A stretch of DNA of 59,644 bases, counting the filler. It is 6 parts of 6 records of this genome, joined end to end, with 100 filler letters (N's around TTAATTAATTAA, not from the genome) between each part and the next. Parts side by side here need not be neighbours in the genome. Positions count along the whole stretch, not along the records: positions 20,181 to 35,255 come from SRR2962707_2767; 5 more parts are not named here. One strand, given 5' to 3'. The notes under the pieces are model-generated. The model was not told the origin of the DNA, did not search any database, and was given only the letters and a program-made list of their open reading frames with translations. Within the stretch, counting starts at the first letter, position 1. Each line of letters opens with the position of its first letter. Shown here piece by piece: positions 20,347-30,408 of this stretch. Made by a program: the position numbers and the translations under genes.

Positions 20347-20391
20347 ACACTCCGATTACGCCAGCCTCACCGAAGTCTTCAGGAGTCTCCC

Positions 20392-21894
20392 ATGACACGC
20401 ACTCTTCTCGCCGGCGTCGCATTTGTTGCGCTTGCCGCCCCCGCATTCGCCCAGACCACCATCGCCCAGGAAAACGATCCCTGGTTCACCGCCGCGCAAG
20501 AAGTGATTGCCGCGCATATGGCAAGCCAACCCAACACCAACCGCGCCAAGAACGTCATCCTGTTCACCGGCGACGGCAACGGTGTCGGCACCAACTATGC
20601 CATCCGCCTGTTTGAAGGTCAGCTGAACGGTGGCACCGGTGACGATTTCGTCCAGCCGCACGAAGCGTTCCCGAACTCGGCTCTGGTCAAGACCTATACC
20701 ACCAACGGTCAGACGCCTGACTCTGCCCCCACCGCATCCGCGATGAACACCGGTGTCAAATCCAAAAACACCATGATCAACGTATCGGACGCCGTCGCCG
20801 TGAACGATTGCGCAGGCATGAGCGGTCACGAACTGACCACCTTTGCCGAAATCGTATCGGGCATGGGCAAATCGGTCGGCGTCATCTCGACCGCGCGTCT
20901 GACCCACGCGACCCCGGCGGCTGTCTACTCCAAGACCGTGAACCGCAATTGGGAAGACGACACCGAAGTGCCCGCGGATTGCACCAACCAGGAAGACATC
21001 GCAGCACAGCTGATCGCCGCCATGAAGGCCGGCACGATCGACGTTGCCATGGGTGGTGGCCGCCGTCATTTCATCGGCACTGACGTGACCGATGCCGAAG
21101 GCAAGACAGGCAAGCGCGCCGATGGCCGCAACCTGGCCGAAGAAGCGCAGGCCATTGGCGCCCAGTACGTGCAGACCGAGGAAGAATTCCTTGCCCTGAA
21201 CGCCACAGGCACCAACGCACCGATCCTGGGCCTGTTCGAACCGTCGCACATGCAATACGAGTACGACCGCACCAATGAACCGTCGCTGGCCGAAATGACC
21301 GAAGCGGCGATCAAGACGCTGTCCACCAACGAAAACGGCTTCTACATGTCAGTCGAGGCTGGCCGGATCGACCACGCCAACCATGACGGCAACCTGCACC
21401 GCACCCTGACCGACGGAGTCGCCTTCAACGAAGCGATCCGCAAGGCGATGGAGATGACCAACCCTGAGGATACGCTGATCATCGTGACGGCGGACCACGA
21501 ACATGCCATCGCGTTCAACGGATACTGCGGTCGCGGCTCCAAGATCACCGGTCTGTGCATGGACATCAACGATGATGGCATGATGAACACAGGTGAGCCG
21601 CTGCTTGGCGCCGACGGCAAACCCTACACGGTTGCCGGTTATCTGAATGGCGTCGGCTCGGTCCTCAAGGAACAGGCCGATGGCACCTACTCTGGTTCGC
21701 GCCCCGACCTGACCGAAGAAGAGGCCGAAGATCCCGACTACGTCCAGCAGGCGCTGATCCCCGCGTCGTCCGAAACCCATTCGGGTGAAGACGTTGCAGT
21801 GTTCGCGCAGGGCCCCTGGGCACACCTTTTCAACGGTGTGATCGAGCAGAACGTGATCTTTCACGTGATGAACCAGGCCGTCACCGCCGAATAA
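20392..21894 (+). CDS. phoA: Alkaline phosphatase (PhoA family), secreted
   Basis: Signal peptide, NVILFTGDG, PDSAPTA (Ser nucleophile), THATPA, VEAGRIDHANH, TADHEH and ETHSGEDV. Confidence 0.93.
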   Translation: MTRTLLAGVAFVALAAPAFAQTTIAQENDPWFTAAQEVIAAHMASQPNTNRAKNVILFTGDGNGVGTNYAIRLFEGQLNGGTGDDFVQPHEAFPNSALVKTYTTNGQTPDSAPTASAMNTGVKSKNTMINVSDAVAVNDCAGMSGHELTTFAEIVSGMGKSVGVISTARLTHATPAAVYSKTVNRNWEDDTEVPADCTNQEDIAAQLIAAMKAGTIDVAMGGGRRHFIGTDVTDAEGKTGKRADGRNLAEEAQAIGAQYVQTEEEFLALNATGTNAPILGLFEPSHMQYEYDRTNEPSLAEMTEAAIKTLSTNENGFYMSVEAGRIDHANHDGNLHRTLTDGVAFNEAIRKAMEMTNPEDTLIIVTADHEHAIAFNGYCGRGSKITGLCMDINDDGMMNTGEPLLGADGKPYTVAGYLNGVGSVLKEQADGTYSGSRPDLTEEEAEDPDYVQQALIPASSETHSGEDVAVFAQGPWAHLFNGVIEQNVIFHVMNQAVTAE

Positions 21895-21992
21895 ACCCCG
21901 TCTGACACGATTGGAACCGGGCCGCGCGTCGGCCCGGTTTCCCGTTCGACCCGACCGGTCTAAACTGCCCGCAGCCAAATCGGAGATTCCAG

Positions 21993-22421
21993 ATGCACCG
22001 CCGCACCGTCCTGACCTCCCTTGCCGCGGCGCTGGTATTGCCCCGCCCCGGTTTTGCCGCACAGTCCGGCGTGATCAAGATGCGGGATCTTTACAACAAG
22101 GATCTTAGCTTTTCTGACCTTGCTCTGGCCAACAAGGGCGAACAGATCACGGTGTCCGGTTTCATGGCGCCGCCTCTCAAAGCTGAGTCCGAATTCTTTG
22201 TGCTGACCAAGCGGCCCATGGCCGTCTGCCCGTTCTGCGAACCGGGCACCACCTGGCCACGCGACCTGCTGGCGATTTATGCCCGGCGTACGGTTGAAGT
22301 GATCCCATTCAACGTGTTGATCAACGTCACGGGAACGCTGGATCTGGGCGATTACACCGATCCCGACCTGGGTTTCTATTCAAAGGTGCGGATCGTCAAC
22401 GCCACTTTTGCGAGGGCCTGA
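21993..22421 (+). CDS. Exported CxxC protein (DUF3299-like)
   Basis: Twin-arginine-like leader MHRRTVLTSLAAA, and GFMAPP...FFVLTKRPMAVCPFC. Confidence 0.7.
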   Translation: MHRRTVLTSLAAALVLPRPGFAAQSGVIKMRDLYNKDLSFSDLALANKGEQITVSGFMAPPLKAESEFFVLTKRPMAVCPFCEPGTTWPRDLLAIYARRTVEVIPFNVLINVTGTLDLGDYTDPDLGFYSKVRIVNATFARA

Positions 22422-22423
22422 CC

Positions 22424-23104
22424 ATGGCGATCCCCCTGACCCTGCGCAAAGTGCGTGTTGAAGCACCTTCCCGACGTACGCTGCTGGACGTCCCGCACCT
22501 TTCGCTGCCCGCAGGTCAAAGCCTTGCGATCCGGGGTCCGTCAGGTGCCGGGAAATCCACCCTGCTACATGTGCTTGCCGGATTGCAGCCGGTTCACAAG
22601 GGTGAGGTGCTGTGGGATGGCACGGACATTGCCCGCCTGAGCGAGATGCAGCTAAGCACATTTCGCCGTCTGCACATCGGCCAGATCTTTCAGGATTTCC
22701 TGCTGTTCGATGAACTTCCCGCGTTGGAAAATGCCGCCGTCGCCCGTCTGTTCGCACCCCGTGCGGCGCGCGCCGGAATAGTCGAACGCGCAAAACACTG
22801 GCTGTCGGCGCTTGGGCTTGATCCAAAGGACACGCGCCGCGCCGCCACCTATTCGGGCGGCGAACGGCAGCGCATCGCGGTGGCGCGTGCGCTGGCACAG
22901 AACCCCGCCGTGTTGCTGGCCGATGAACCCACCGCCAGCCTTGACCGTCGCACCGCAGACCGCCTGACGGACGACCTGATCGCGGCGGCGCGAGACACCG
23001 GACTCAGCCTGATATGCGTTACCCATGACGACGCCTTGTCACGCCGTCTGGACCGGGTTCTGACACTTGCCGATGGTACACCAGAGGTCGCCCATGCTGC
23101 CTGA
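22424..23104 (+). CDS. ABC transporter ATP-binding protein (LolD/MacB-like)
   Basis: GPSGAGKST, YSGGERQR and ADEPTASLD. Confidence 0.9.
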   Translation: MAIPLTLRKVRVEAPSRRTLLDVPHLSLPAGQSLAIRGPSGAGKSTLLHVLAGLQPVHKGEVLWDGTDIARLSEMQLSTFRRLHIGQIFQDFLLFDELPALENAAVARLFAPRAARAGIVERAKHWLSALGLDPKDTRRAATYSGGERQRIAVARALAQNPAVLLADEPTASLDRRTADRLTDDLIAAARDTGLSLICVTHDDALSRRLDRVLTLADGTPEVAHAA

Positions 23105-24434
23105 GACATTAACCCGCCTGTGGGCAAGCCTGCCCAATGCGGCGCAGGATGCCGCGACCTTTGTCCTGCTGTTGCTGCCCGCCGCGCTGATCGGGGTGTG
23201 GGTCCTGCGTGGGCTTGCGCCCCGGTCGCTGATCACGGCGATGATGCGCCGTTATGCTGCGGTGAACATCGTCTTTACCGCCCTTGTCGCATTGTCCGTC
23301 GCCTTGGGTGTCGGGCTGATCGCGCAGGAACGTGCCCTACGACAGGGCAGCGCCCGCGCGGCGGACAAGTTCGACTTAATCGTCACCGCCCCGGGGTCCG
23401 AGATTACGGCCATGCTTGCCGCAGTCTATCTGCAACCCACCGATCTGCCCCTGCTGACCGGCGCGCAATACGTCGAAGTCGCCGGGGCACCGGGTGTCAG
23501 TTTTGCAGCCCCTTTGGCATTCGGGGACAGCTGGCAGGGCCGCCCCGTGGTTGGCACAACTGCGGATTTCATCACGCATCTATCCGACGGGTCGGTACAG
23601 GGCAGGATGTTTGCCGCCCACGAAGAGGCCGTCATCGGCGCGCTTGTCCCGCTTGCCATCGGAGATGAGATCGTGCCAACCCATGGCGCGGTCGAGATCG
23701 AGGCGGACGTCGAAGAGGATGACCACGACCATCACGACATCCATTACAAGGTTGTCGGCAAACTACCCCCGACCGGCAGCCCATGGGACCGCGCGATCCT
23801 TGTTCCGGTCGAAATCGTGTGGGAATTGCACGGCCTTGCCAACGGTCACACGGCCGAGACTGCCGAACAGCTGGGCCCACCCTTCGCGCCAAAAAAATTC
23901 CCCGGCACCCCGGCCATTCTGGTCAAACCCGAACAACTGTATCAGGCCTATGCCCTGCGCACGGAATTTTCCCGCGCCGACATGATGGCCTTTTTCCCCG
24001 GTGCGGTCCTGGCCCAGTTGCACGGCCTTGCCTCGGATGTGCGCGAGGCGATGTCACTGCTGACCGTTGTCAGCCAGATCCTTGTCGCGGCAGCGATATT
24101 GGCCGGACTTGTGCTGATCACCCGGCTGTTTGCCCGCAATCTGGCGGTGCTGCGCGCGCTTGGGGCCGCGCCACGTTTTCTGCTGGCGGTGGTCTGGAGC
24201 TACGCCGCGACCCTGCTGACCGTGGGCACAGCACTTGGGTTTGGACTTGGTATCGGTGCAGCCGCAATCCTGTCGCGGCTCCTGAGCGCGCGCACATCGG
24301 TCCATATCAGCGCGGCGCCGGGTTGGGGCGAATTGCACCTCGCGGCCGCCTTTCTGTCGCTCTCGCTTATCTGCGCGCTATTGCCGGGGCTGATGGCCAT
24401 GCGCCGCCCCCCACTGTCAGATTTACGCGGCTGA
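23094..24434 (+). CDS. ABC permease, MacB/FtsX-like, with a His/Asp-rich periplasmic loop
   Basis: N-terminal TMs, a large periplasmic domain (APLAFGDS, EEDDHDHHDIH), C-terminal TMs and LAVLRALGA. Confidence 0.85.
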   Translation: MLPETLTRLWASLPNAAQDAATFVLLLLPAALIGVWVLRGLAPRSLITAMMRRYAAVNIVFTALVALSVALGVGLIAQERALRQGSARAADKFDLIVTAPGSEITAMLAAVYLQPTDLPLLTGAQYVEVAGAPGVSFAAPLAFGDSWQGRPVVGTTADFITHLSDGSVQGRMFAAHEEAVIGALVPLAIGDEIVPTHGAVEIEADVEEDDHDHHDIHYKVVGKLPPTGSPWDRAILVPVEIVWELHGLANGHTAETAEQLGPPFAPKKFPGTPAILVKPEQLYQAYALRTEFSRADMMAFFPGAVLAQLHGLASDVREAMSLLTVVSQILVAAAILAGLVLITRLFARNLAVLRALGAAPRFLLAVVWSYAATLLTVGTALGFGLGIGAAAILSRLLSARTSVHISAAPGWGELHLAAAFLSLSLICALLPGLMAMRRPPLSDLRG

Positions 24435-24587
24435 TGGCCGACACGCACGCGCCCAAAGTCAGCCCCGTATCGGCCAGACACGAACCGTCATCACATCGCC
24501 CCCTATACAACCGCGAAAAGAAGCATTAGGGACCGACCCTTGCCCGGGCCCAGTCCGGACCACCCGTTTCCAGGACGCCCCGCTGCC

Positions 24588-26768
24588 ATGATCCAGACCC
24601 TTGCCGATGCGCTAGCCGAAAAAGGCTACACAACCCTCACCCCCGTTCAGGAGGCCGTGACCGACCCTGCTCTTGCCGGACGCGACCTTTTAGTCTCGGC
24701 CCAGACCGGATCTGGCAAGACGGTAGGCTTTGGCCTTGCCATCGCCGACACCCTGCTGGACGGCAGCGAAAAGATGGGCCGGGCCGGTACGCCGCTTGCG
24801 CTTGTCGTCGCCCCGACCCGCGAACTTGCCTTTCAGGTCATGCGCGAACTCACCTGGCTTTATGCGCGCACCGGCGCGATTGTCGCCACCTGCGTCGGCG
24901 GCATGGACATGCGCGGCGAAAAGCGCACGCTCGAACGCGGTGCACATATCGTTGTCGGCACCCCTGGCCGTTTGGTTGATCACATCAAACGCGGATCCCT
25001 CGACATGAGCGGCCTGCGCGCGGTCGTGCTCGACGAGGCGGATGAGATGCTCGACCTTGGCTTCCGCGAAGACCTTGAATTTATGCTTGGCGAAGCCCCT
25101 GCCGAACGCCGTACGCTGTTGTTCTCGGCCACGGTGCCACCGATGATCGCAACGCTGGCAAAGCAATATCAGAACAATGCAGAGCGAGTGAACACCGCCA
25201 CCGGCGCGAAACAGCACGCCGACATTTCCTATCAGGCAATGGCCGTGGGTGAACGCGACGGCGAAAATGCCGTTATCAACCTTCTGCTGTTCCATGATGC
25301 CGAAAATGCGCTTGTCTTTGCCAACACCCGCGCGATGGTTGCCCGCCTTACCGCACGTCTGTCCAACCGCGGCTTTTCCGTTGTGTCGCTTTCGGGTGAA
25401 TTGTCCCAGACCGAACGCACCCACGCGCTTCAGGCGATGCGTGATGGCCGGGCCAAAGTTTGCGTTGCCACCGACGTTGCGGCGCGCGGTATCGACCTGC
25501 CGAACCTTGACCTTGTGATTCATGCCGAACTGCCCAGCAACGCGGAAACCCTGCTGCACCGGTCGGGCCGTACGGGCCGCGCGGGACGCAAAGGTGTATC
25601 AGCCCTGATCGTGCCGCAAAAGGTACGTGGCAAAGCGATGCGCCTGCTGAAATTCGCCAAGCTGAACGCCGAATGGACCGTACCGCCATCGGCCGATGAC
25701 ATTGTCGCACGCGACGAAGAGCGCCTGCTGAACGATCCATCCTGGACCAATACCCCGAACGATGCTGAGGCGACATTTGCCACCAAGCTGACCGAACGGT
25801 TCACGCCCGAACAGATCGCGACGGCCTATCTGCGTCTGCATCAGGCCCGCCGGTCCGCGCCCGAGGATCTGTCCGCCCCCGACACGAAACCCGATCGCAA
25901 GCCGCGCGAATTTGGCCCCTCGGTCTGGTTCAGCCTGTCCGCGGGTCGCGATCAGAACGCCGAACCGCGCTGGCTGCTGCCGCTGCTGTGCCGTGCGGGC
26001 AATATCGACAAGGACAGCCTGGGCGCGATCCGCGTGCAGGAATCCGAGTCCTTTGTCGAATTGCGCGCCTCGGATGTTGACGGGTTCATGGCCGCCATCG
26101 GCCCCGATGGTGCGCTCGAAGACGGCATGACTATCCGCAAGCTCGACAAGGCACCGGACATCGGCCCGCCGCCGCGCCGCGACAGCAAGCCGCGTAGCCC
26201 CCGCCCGGATTCAAAGCCTAAGTCGGAATACAAACCGAAGTATGACGCATCGCCACGCCCAGAAGAAACGCCGCGCCCGGCAGCGCGCCCCGCAGGCGAA
26301 GACGCACCAATGGCACCGCCGTCCTTTGACGACATGGCAGATGCCCCCGTCCGCCCCCGCGCACCAGCCAAGAAACCCTATGCGCCGCGCGATGACAAAC
26401 CGGGAAAACCCAAACCGTACAAGCCGCACCGTGATGATGAAGATCGTCCGCGCGCCAAACCTTACAAGGCCCGTGACGACAAACACGAAGGTGCCAAAGC
26501 ACCTTACAAGGGCAAACCCGCAGGTAAGCTTGGCAAGCCGGGCGACAAACCCTATGGCAAATCCGCAGACGGCGGCAGCAAACCCGCCGGCAAATTCGGC
26601 AAACCGGGGGGAAAGCCTTACGGCGATGCCAAGCCGAAAGCTGCTCCGGTAAATGCGGGCGACACGTCCAAGCGCTTTGCGCCTCCGGGTGGTAAGGGCA
26701 AACCGCGCGGCCCCAAACCGGGCGGTCGCCCGGGCGGCCATGACGTGCCCCGCCGCAGCAAGGACTAA
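24588..26768 (+). CDS. DEAD-box RNA helicase with DbpA-type domain and long basic tail
   Basis: AQTGSGKT, PTRELA, DEAD, SAT and HRSGRTGR, then a K/P/G-rich C-terminus. Confidence 0.94.
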   Translation: MIQTLADALAEKGYTTLTPVQEAVTDPALAGRDLLVSAQTGSGKTVGFGLAIADTLLDGSEKMGRAGTPLALVVAPTRELAFQVMRELTWLYARTGAIVATCVGGMDMRGEKRTLERGAHIVVGTPGRLVDHIKRGSLDMSGLRAVVLDEADEMLDLGFREDLEFMLGEAPAERRTLLFSATVPPMIATLAKQYQNNAERVNTATGAKQHADISYQAMAVGERDGENAVINLLLFHDAENALVFANTRAMVARLTARLSNRGFSVVSLSGELSQTERTHALQAMRDGRAKVCVATDVAARGIDLPNLDLVIHAELPSNAETLLHRSGRTGRAGRKGVSALIVPQKVRGKAMRLLKFAKLNAEWTVPPSADDIVARDEERLLNDPSWTNTPNDAEATFATKLTERFTPEQIATAYLRLHQARRSAPEDLSAPDTKPDRKPREFGPSVWFSLSAGRDQNAEPRWLLPLLCRAGNIDKDSLGAIRVQESESFVELRASDVDGFMAAIGPDGALEDGMTIRKLDKAPDIGPPPRRDSKPRSPRPDSKPKSEYKPKYDASPRPEETPRPAARPAGEDAPMAPPSFDDMADAPVRPRAPAKKPYAPRDDKPGKPKPYKPHRDDEDRPRAKPYKARDDKHEGAKAPYKGKPAGKLGKPGDKPYGKSADGGSKPAGKFGKPGGKPYGDAKPKAAPVNAGDTSKRFAPPGGKGKPRGPKPGGRPGGHDVPRRSKD

Positions 26769-26794
26769 CCCCCACCATAGACGGCCGCATGGTT

Positions 26795-27523
26795 TTACAT
26801 CAGCGGCCGTTTCTCGACCTTGGATTCGTCCACCAGACCCAGTGCTTCCAGCGCCTCGATATCTGGAATGTTGAGCGAACCTTCGAACCAGCTCAAAAGT
26901 TGCTTTTCTCGCATCCGTCCCAGCGTTTTGTTTGTGTGCACAAGCGACAAGCCCAAGGCATCTGCCAGATCCTGTTGACGATAGGGCAATGGAACCCGTG
27001 TTCCTTTGCCTTGACCGACAGCCTGTAAATGTCGAAAGACACGCGCAAGCGCCCAGGCAATCCGTTCAGTTGCGGATTTCTGTCCGATCGCTGTCATCGC
27101 CTCGCCCAGAAAACTTTCCTGCGTGGCGGCCATCCAGGTCAAATCGAAACCACGATCCGGCATTTGGCGAAACATCGTAAAAAGTTCCGAGCGGTCAAAA
27201 ACGCACAGCCGCATGGATGTGGTGGATTCGACGGAATGGTTCATTTGGCGCATGACACCAGCCTGCAATCCCAGAAAGTCGCCGGGAAACACAAAACTGA
27301 TCACCTGCCGACGCCCATTTTCCAGCAGTTTATAGCGCAGCCCCATGCCGCTGAGTGCGGTATAGAGTTGCGGAGCGTTAGATCCTTCGGACAACAACGG
27401 TGTACCCGGATCAACGACCATCTCACCCACCTTGAAGCGCTGCATGAACTCCAACGTCTCTTCATCCATTTGGAGAAACATCGGCGATTTGCGGATTGGG
27501 CAGTTCACACATTTTACTGGCAT
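26795..27523 (-). CDS. Crp/Fnr-family transcriptional regulator
   Basis: N-terminal CxxC, cNMP-like domain (PGDFLG) and HTH (QQDLADALGLSLVHTNKTL). Confidence 0.9.
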   Translation of the reverse strand: MPVKCVNCPIRKSPMFLQMDEETLEFMQRFKVGEMVVDPGTPLLSEGSNAPQLYTALSGMGLRYKLLENGRRQVISFVFPGDFLGLQAGVMRQMNHSVESTTSMRLCVFDRSELFTMFRQMPDRGFDLTWMAATQESFLGEAMTAIGQKSATERIAWALARVFRHLQAVGQGKGTRVPLPYRQQDLADALGLSLVHTNKTLGRMREKQLLSWFEGSLNIPDIEALEALGLVDESKVEKRPLM

Positions 27524-27672
27524 TCAGTGGCTCCGGGTATGTCGTAGCTTAATGCGCCGGGCTGTAGTTCTGTTCCATATCGTCCAAGAAACCTTTTCAG
27601 GATTGGACAATTCCCATCGTAGTAGCGAGCTCCTCCGGCCGCGCGCCCTTCTACACCGTCATAAGTTCCGAG

Positions 27673-27996
27673 TTGTTCGTAGGAGAAGACGCCGCCGAGG
27701 CGATCCGAACCTACGTTCCCGGGGCCGAAGTCGTTGTGCTGTCAACAGTCGAGGAGGCCACGCGCCTGATTTCGAGTCGCGACGAAATTCTCGCTTCGTT
27801 GGTCATTTCACCACGTGAGGCGCTGGCAGACAGCCCTCTGGTGACAATGCTGCGGGAAAAGGGCGGCGCGCTGATGTTGCTGCTTTCAGACATTGCGCAT
27901 CCCTTCGATCCGGATTGCCGCACCCTGATGGCGGAACTACCCTTCACCAACGACACCATTAAACAAATGCTCGAAGAGCTTTGTGGCCGCGTCTGA
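27673..27996 (+). CDS. Small hypothetical, possibly degenerate receiver-like protein (start uncertain)
   Basis: Alternating alpha/beta pattern ending ELPFTNDTI, where a receiver has KPF. Divergent from the Crp gene. Confidence 0.5.
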   Translation: MFVGEDAAEAIRTYVPGAEVVVLSTVEEATRLISSRDEILASLVISPREALADSPLVTMLREKGGALMLLLSDIAHPFDPDCRTLMAELPFTNDTIKQMLEELCGRV

Positions 27997-28167
27997 GGCG
28001 TCTCGACAAGCCACCAGAACGACTAAGCAAGCTGCCGGAACTTTGGGCAACCACCCGTAGATCGGCCTGTAGCGCGCAGGTAGTCAGACACAGGTGCCCG
28101 GCGGATCATAGTATCGGCCTGTTTCTTATTTCGATTGGCCCGCGACGAGGCGGCCGGGATATGACCC

Positions 28168-28626
28168 TTAACCGGTGCGCAACAAATCCTGAATTACGGG
28201 AAGTTTGCGTGGTCGTTTCACAAGCGTCAAAAGCAGATCGGACAAATCCTCTTCATTCACCCGCTTGGCCGCGGCCTTGGGGCTGAACCATTGGCGTTTA
28301 CGTTCGCTGCGCTCTTTCCAGTTCCGTTTCAGCTTTTCTACAATCATCGGATAGACCTGCACCCGGCACGGAATTATCGCGCCGCCGTCCATAATCTTAG
28401 GGTACCGATAGCTGCCAATAACCTGCTTTGAGATGTACCCCGAGGCTCCGGCCTCTTCCAGAGCTTCGATTTCGGCAGCAGCCCAGGGTTTGCGGCCGTC
28501 CATTGTCCAGCCCTTGGGCATGACCCAACGGCCCGTATCACGCGAAGTGACGAGCAAAACCTTCAAATTGCCACTGCTGTCCCACCGCATGGGCAAGGCG
28601 GCAATCTGCTCACCTATTTCTGGCAT
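28168..28626 (-). CDS. NUDIX hydrolase (DIPP/Ap6A-like)
   Basis: VLLVTSR, RWVMPKG and AAEIEALEEAG Nudix box. Confidence 0.9.
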   Translation of the reverse strand: MPEIGEQIAALPMRWDSSGNLKVLLVTSRDTGRWVMPKGWTMDGRKPWAAAEIEALEEAGASGYISKQVIGSYRYPKIMDGGAIIPCRVQVYPMIVEKLKRNWKERSERKRQWFSPKAAAKRVNEEDLSDLLLTLVKRPRKLPVIQDLLRTG

Positions 28627-28732
28627 TCACCTAAACCGTTCATTTCAAAAAAACTGATTAACAAATATTCGCATATCCTTAACGAAAACTCTACATATAG
28701 TTAAAATGCAAATTTTTACAAAAATTACGTCA

Positions 28733-29392
28733 TCATGCTGCGTCTTCTGAAATATATTGGGCAAGATCCCCAATCTTGGCGATTCTAAGATCTGGCTTGA
28801 ATCCACCAATGGCAGTGCGCTGATATCCCCCTTCGAAATAAGCAAAACGGATCCCGGCACGGCGGGCCGTAAGATAGTCGGTTTCACTGTCACCGACATA
28901 CAACGTTTCAGGTCCAGTACAGCCAAGCGCCGCAATGACATGTCGCAACGGCGCAGGGTCGGGTTTGCGCACACTTAGCGTATCACCGCCCAGGATCACC
29001 TTAAAAAATCTTTCGATATCAAGTGACTGACACAGTTTTCGCGCCGGTTCTTCGGGTTTGTTGGTACACACCCCCAGCCCAAGGCCCGCCGTCTGCAGGG
29101 TTTCCAGCAAGGCGAGCACACCTGGATAGGGCCGCGTCAGTGTTGTCAGATCGCGGGCGTAATGACCGTCAAACAAGTCCAGCGCGCGTCTAAGCTCCTG
29201 GGGATCCTCACTGACATGGCGTAGACAGCGGCGCACCAACATCTCGACGCCGTTACCGATAAACCCAATGATCGTCTCAAGATCGAGCGGCCCATGCCCC
29301 ATATCGGCCAGCATACGGTTCGCCGCCGCCCGCAGATCCGGGGCGCTGTCGACCAGCGTTCCGTCAAGATCGAACACCACCGTGCGAATCAT
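28733..29392 (-). CDS. gph: Phosphoglycolate phosphatase (HAD family)
   Basis: FDLDGTLVDS, CTNKP, KPDP and VGDS. Start ATG 29392 follows RBS AGGAGA. Confidence 0.85.
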   Translation of the reverse strand: MIRTVVFDLDGTLVDSAPDLRAAANRMLADMGHGPLDLETIIGFIGNGVEMLVRRCLRHVSEDPQELRRALDLFDGHYARDLTTLTRPYPGVLALLETLQTAGLGLGVCTNKPEEPARKLCQSLDIERFFKVILGGDTLSVRKPDPAPLRHVIAALGCTGPETLYVGDSETDYLTARRAGIRFAYFEGGYQRTAIGGFKPDLRIAKIGDLAQYISEDAA

Positions 29393-29955
29393 ATATTTTC
29401 TCCTTGATGGAATGGCAGGGCCCTGCGTCCTGCGTGCATTGAGGACCTTAGGCAGAAGGGTCCGCCGCTTGAACCCCGTCTGTCCGTAGGTCCCTAATTT
29501 TTTTCCCGTACGGTTCGCAATCAGCAAAGCATCAGCATTGCCATCGGGACCAGTGGCCGAATTTCCTAGTCGCTCTGTGCACGTTTTGTCAGTTTTAGGG
29601 ATATGGCAGAAAATGCCGGCCATGTTGTCCGATGACCGAGGTTCCGTACGGCGCAACATCAAGTGCGACGTAGAAGACCAACGTGCCCTTACCGCCAGGG
29701 AAGAGACTGGCGGGACGGGATGCGCTGGCGGATGCCACTGTGCGGCACAAAAAACGTTGACCTGCCGTCCCCGGGGCCCGGGCCATCCTGTGCAAACCCG
29801 CTGAGGGCGGTAGCCACACCATCCTTCGCGCGGTCGTGCGGCACCCTGAGTGGCGCAACCTGCTTTCTGAACGTCACAAAGCAGGCCATTCCATGGCTGC
29901 GGCGCGCGGGGCCTGCCGGCTGCGCGAACGGCTCCCCAGCTCAAATATCCGTGGT

Positions 29956-30408
29956 TCAGTTGGCCGTCACCTTCGACAGGGTCACAAGCCTGCGATAGGC
30001 ATCGAGAAACTTGAAAATCTGCAGATCCTCGACCCCGGATTCAGTCCTAAGAATGTAGCCCGCAACGTTCTTGTCATAGGCCGCATTTATGTCTGCCCTG
30101 TCGGACGAATTCGACAGAACAAAGACCACCAAGCGACGAAGCGTGGGATCGTCGCGAATACTAGCCAGAAAATCATATGCTTTAACGCGGTCACTGTTCA
30201 GGTCCAGCAGAACAATTAACTGCCCTGAGAGGTCCCGATCTTCGGCCCGGAGATATTCGAGCGCTTCGCCGCCATCGACGAACTGCCGCACCCGACAATC
30301 TATGCCATTGTCCAAAAGGGTCCGGCACAGGTTATTGTCGTCAAAATCGTCTTCGACCATCAAAAGGATGTCGAGGCGGTCCGGTCCGCGTCTCACATTC
30401 GCGTTCAT
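29956..30408 (-). CDS. Single-domain response regulator (Rcp1-like, atypical)
   Basis: LMVEDD, DGGEALEYL, VLLDLN and AAYDKNVAGYIL. Confidence 0.8.
   Translation of the reverse strand: MNANVRRGPDRLDILLMVEDDFDDNNLCRTLLDNGIDCRVRQFVDGGEALEYLRAEDRDLSGQLIVLLDLNSDRVKAYDFLASIRDDPTLRRLVVFVLSNSSDRADINAAYDKNVAGYILRTESGVEDLQIFKFLDAYRRLVTLSKVTAN

Noticed and set aside
29393..29944. 403-aa gph fusion protein
   Set aside because: The extension looks non-protein-like, and a good RBS precedes ATG 29392
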